DNA of 63,828 nucleotides, the filler included, from Collodictyon triciliatum (Eukaryota): the NCBI GenBank assembly GCA_043381765.1. It is 10 parts of 10 records of this genome, joined end to end, with 100 filler letters (N's around TTAATTAATTAA, not from the genome) between each part and the next. Parts side by side here need not be neighbours in the genome. Positions count along the whole stretch, not along the records: positions 58,854 to 63,828 come from JBHJMP010004544.1; 9 more parts are not named here. The stretch is one strand, 5' to 3'. This document shows positions 61,877-63,828 of this stretch, piece by piece (the stretch's first letter is position 1; every line of letters begins with the position of its first letter). A program made the translations under genes and the position numbers. The notes below the pieces were generated by a model that ran no database searches, was not told the origin of the DNA, and saw only the letters and a program-made list of their open reading frames with translations.

Positions 61877-63751
61877 TTATTTCTTGACAGGTTTTGCTTT
61901 CGGGCTCTTGGGACGCTTGCCATCCACTCGATTTTCAATGTCCAGGATTTTCTCTGTCAAAACCTTTTCGGATTCTTTGATTTGATTTGATATTTCTGCC
62001 TTGAGAGACTCCAATCGTTCCTGCACAACGCTTACAGCAACTTGCTCTACCTCGTTAAGCTCCCTGGTCGGTAGCACGACATTGGCCACAGCTGCTGATG
62101 CTATGAAAGGAACAAAAGGTAAGAAAGAGAAATACATAAAATTTAACAGAATGGGATAAAGTCAATCTACATCACGTTCTCTTTTTCCCTCATGGTCGGA
62201 AATTCAACATATTCATCAAGATATATCGGTATGTACAAATAGAATAAGAGCTGTATTAAAAAAAAAAAAGAAGTTAAGACTGTATGGCTTGTAAAGAAAT
62301 ACTTGGGCGAAGTGGATCGGGGGTGGCAGATGGGTTTCTATCCAAAGCCATGGATGAGGCTGAGCGAGTTGACAGCTTCGAGGCGGCTCTACTCCCATCA
62401 CGATTTTCTCCGTCACGGTCGGCGTTTCCTTCCATCACAGCCTAGATAAAACAAGTTCAGTATCGCCTGCTATCACTCTGTTTCAAAGACATGTCCTTAA
62501 GATGGGTTTTAAAAAGTAAATTAGCAAAAATGTTTGAAAACAGACAGTGAGGATTTCATACGCCCTATGGGGTTTCAAAATGTTACTGTTTAGCTACGTG
62601 TAGTGTAAATATATTAAGATTACCCCAAATTGGTCACCATCTGCATTTCCTTGTGTAATTGTGATGGGGTCAACTTTGGTGGCTGTGCTAAGCGCTGGAA
62701 TAACAGGGGCGTGCTCGATATTCATTTCACGAACTTTGATATCCAGCAACTGCTTTTTAGTAAAAGCGTACTTGTAAAGCTTAAAATGACGATAATACCT
62801 AATGTGAGGGTTTTTCTATTTTATTGTTTATTAAGTTCTGTTAAATAATAATAAAAAAATATATTTATGAATCCAAGGGGTTTATTATATAACTTGACAT
62901 GTGTTTGCCCTTGAATAAAGGGAATTTTTTTGACAAGTGTTTGATTGTAATTTGGGTATAAATCTTTCTTTTTTTTTCCTTTATTCGATTCAAAGAATTT
63001 GGGTATAAATCTTATTTCAAGGTAAAAGCATGACATACATAATAGTGTAGCATAATGAATGTAAAAATAATAAATAATACGTTTCGACCATATAGTCAGT
63101 TATGAGATCGACTTCTTGTAGTGTAAATATTTCAATGCTGTAGGGAGGTCGATGCACACTGTGCTCCACAAGGAGTTTTTTGAAATACGAAAAACTTTCC
63201 TCCATGTTGATAAAAGGCACGGCTATGTTCGAAAAGGGCTCATCACAATGTAAGCCGAATGATGCATATAAAATAAGACAATTCAGAGTATATCAACGCG
63301 TCCATGTATCGTGAATGAGTCACTTACTGATGTTTTTGAAATGAACCAGTTTGATAATGGAAATGAAAGCAGCCATTTTCTCCAACGTTTGAAAGTTTTT
63401 CTTTGCAAAGAGCAAAGCAGAATGGTACAGGGACAATAAAATGCGGCTGTGTGGATTGGTGGACGTATCGGATAAATTCATGTACTCGGATAAAGCCCTA
63501 CAATGTGTCAAGACAGAGAAAGACATGAGTGTTCCATCCAGGGATCCCACTTCAAACTTTTTAGTATTTTGTTGCGCTTGTACGCGATCCTTCATGAAAT
63601 AAGCATGTGCACAAAAAATGAAAAAAATGAATAAAAATATCGATATAGCTACTTCAAAAAAGAATATACCTTTTCCCTTCAGCCCCATATGCATTTTGCT
63701 CCAAGAACTCGATTTGTTTTGGCGTGAAATCCGCCCAGACGAGGGAGTGAG

Positions 63752-63752
<1 letters not shown>
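61877..63752 (-). CDS. CFAP119/CCDC189-like flagellar central-pair protein; start exon outside window
   Basis: LYHSALLFAK...EKMAAFISII...EESFSYFKKLLVEHSVHRPPYSIEIF...DYMVET-YYRHFKLYKYAFT matches the CFAP119/C1a-32 family pattern. Confidence 0.82.
62967..62995 (-). mobile_element. Micro-retroposon: 18-nt core + poly(A), perfect 18-nt TSD, intronic
   Basis: AATTTGGGTATAAATCTT (62949-62966) - TC T9 CCTTTATTCGATTCAAAG - AATTTGGGTATAAATCTT (62996-63013). Confidence 0.94.

Positions 63753-63828
<76 letters not shown>

Overview
Eukaryotic, intron-rich, AT- and microsatellite-rich genomic DNA from an unidentified protist. It is probably flagellated (CFAP119-like gene) and uses the standard genetic code. 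The window is not one locus: ten contigs (nine of 6435-6444 bp, the last truncated) are joined by artificial N44-TTAATTAATTAA-N44 linkers. Genes were reconstructed by hand across introns: RPB11, a CH-domain + SH3BGR/glutaredoxin fusion, NAP1, malonyl-CoA decarboxylase, an EGF + GT90 glycosyltransferase, an apparently catalytically dead membrane adenylyl-cyclase-like protein, a poly-Q protein, MEA1-like, a DUF4062/STAND-TPR protein with a dynein-MTBD-like tail, an Erf2/ZDHHC9-type palmitoyltransferase, a SPRY protein, ARMC6, DNAJC17 and CFAP119-like. There are also L1/Tx1-type LINE fragments and a decayed kinase. The most striking signal is a family of ultra-short retroposed insertions: an identical 18-nt core (CTTTGAATCGAATAAAGG) plus poly(A), with perfect 15-18 nt target-site duplications and an invariant 5' end. 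The core is the terminal 18 nt of a resident LINE, and in antisense it reads as a ready-made 3' splice site. The splicing landscape is also unusual: an AT-AC U12 intron, 7-nt and probable 2-nt micro-exons, and three GC donors. All family assignments come from motif recognition by eye, not database searches; exon boundaries are inferred from reading-frame and motif continuity.
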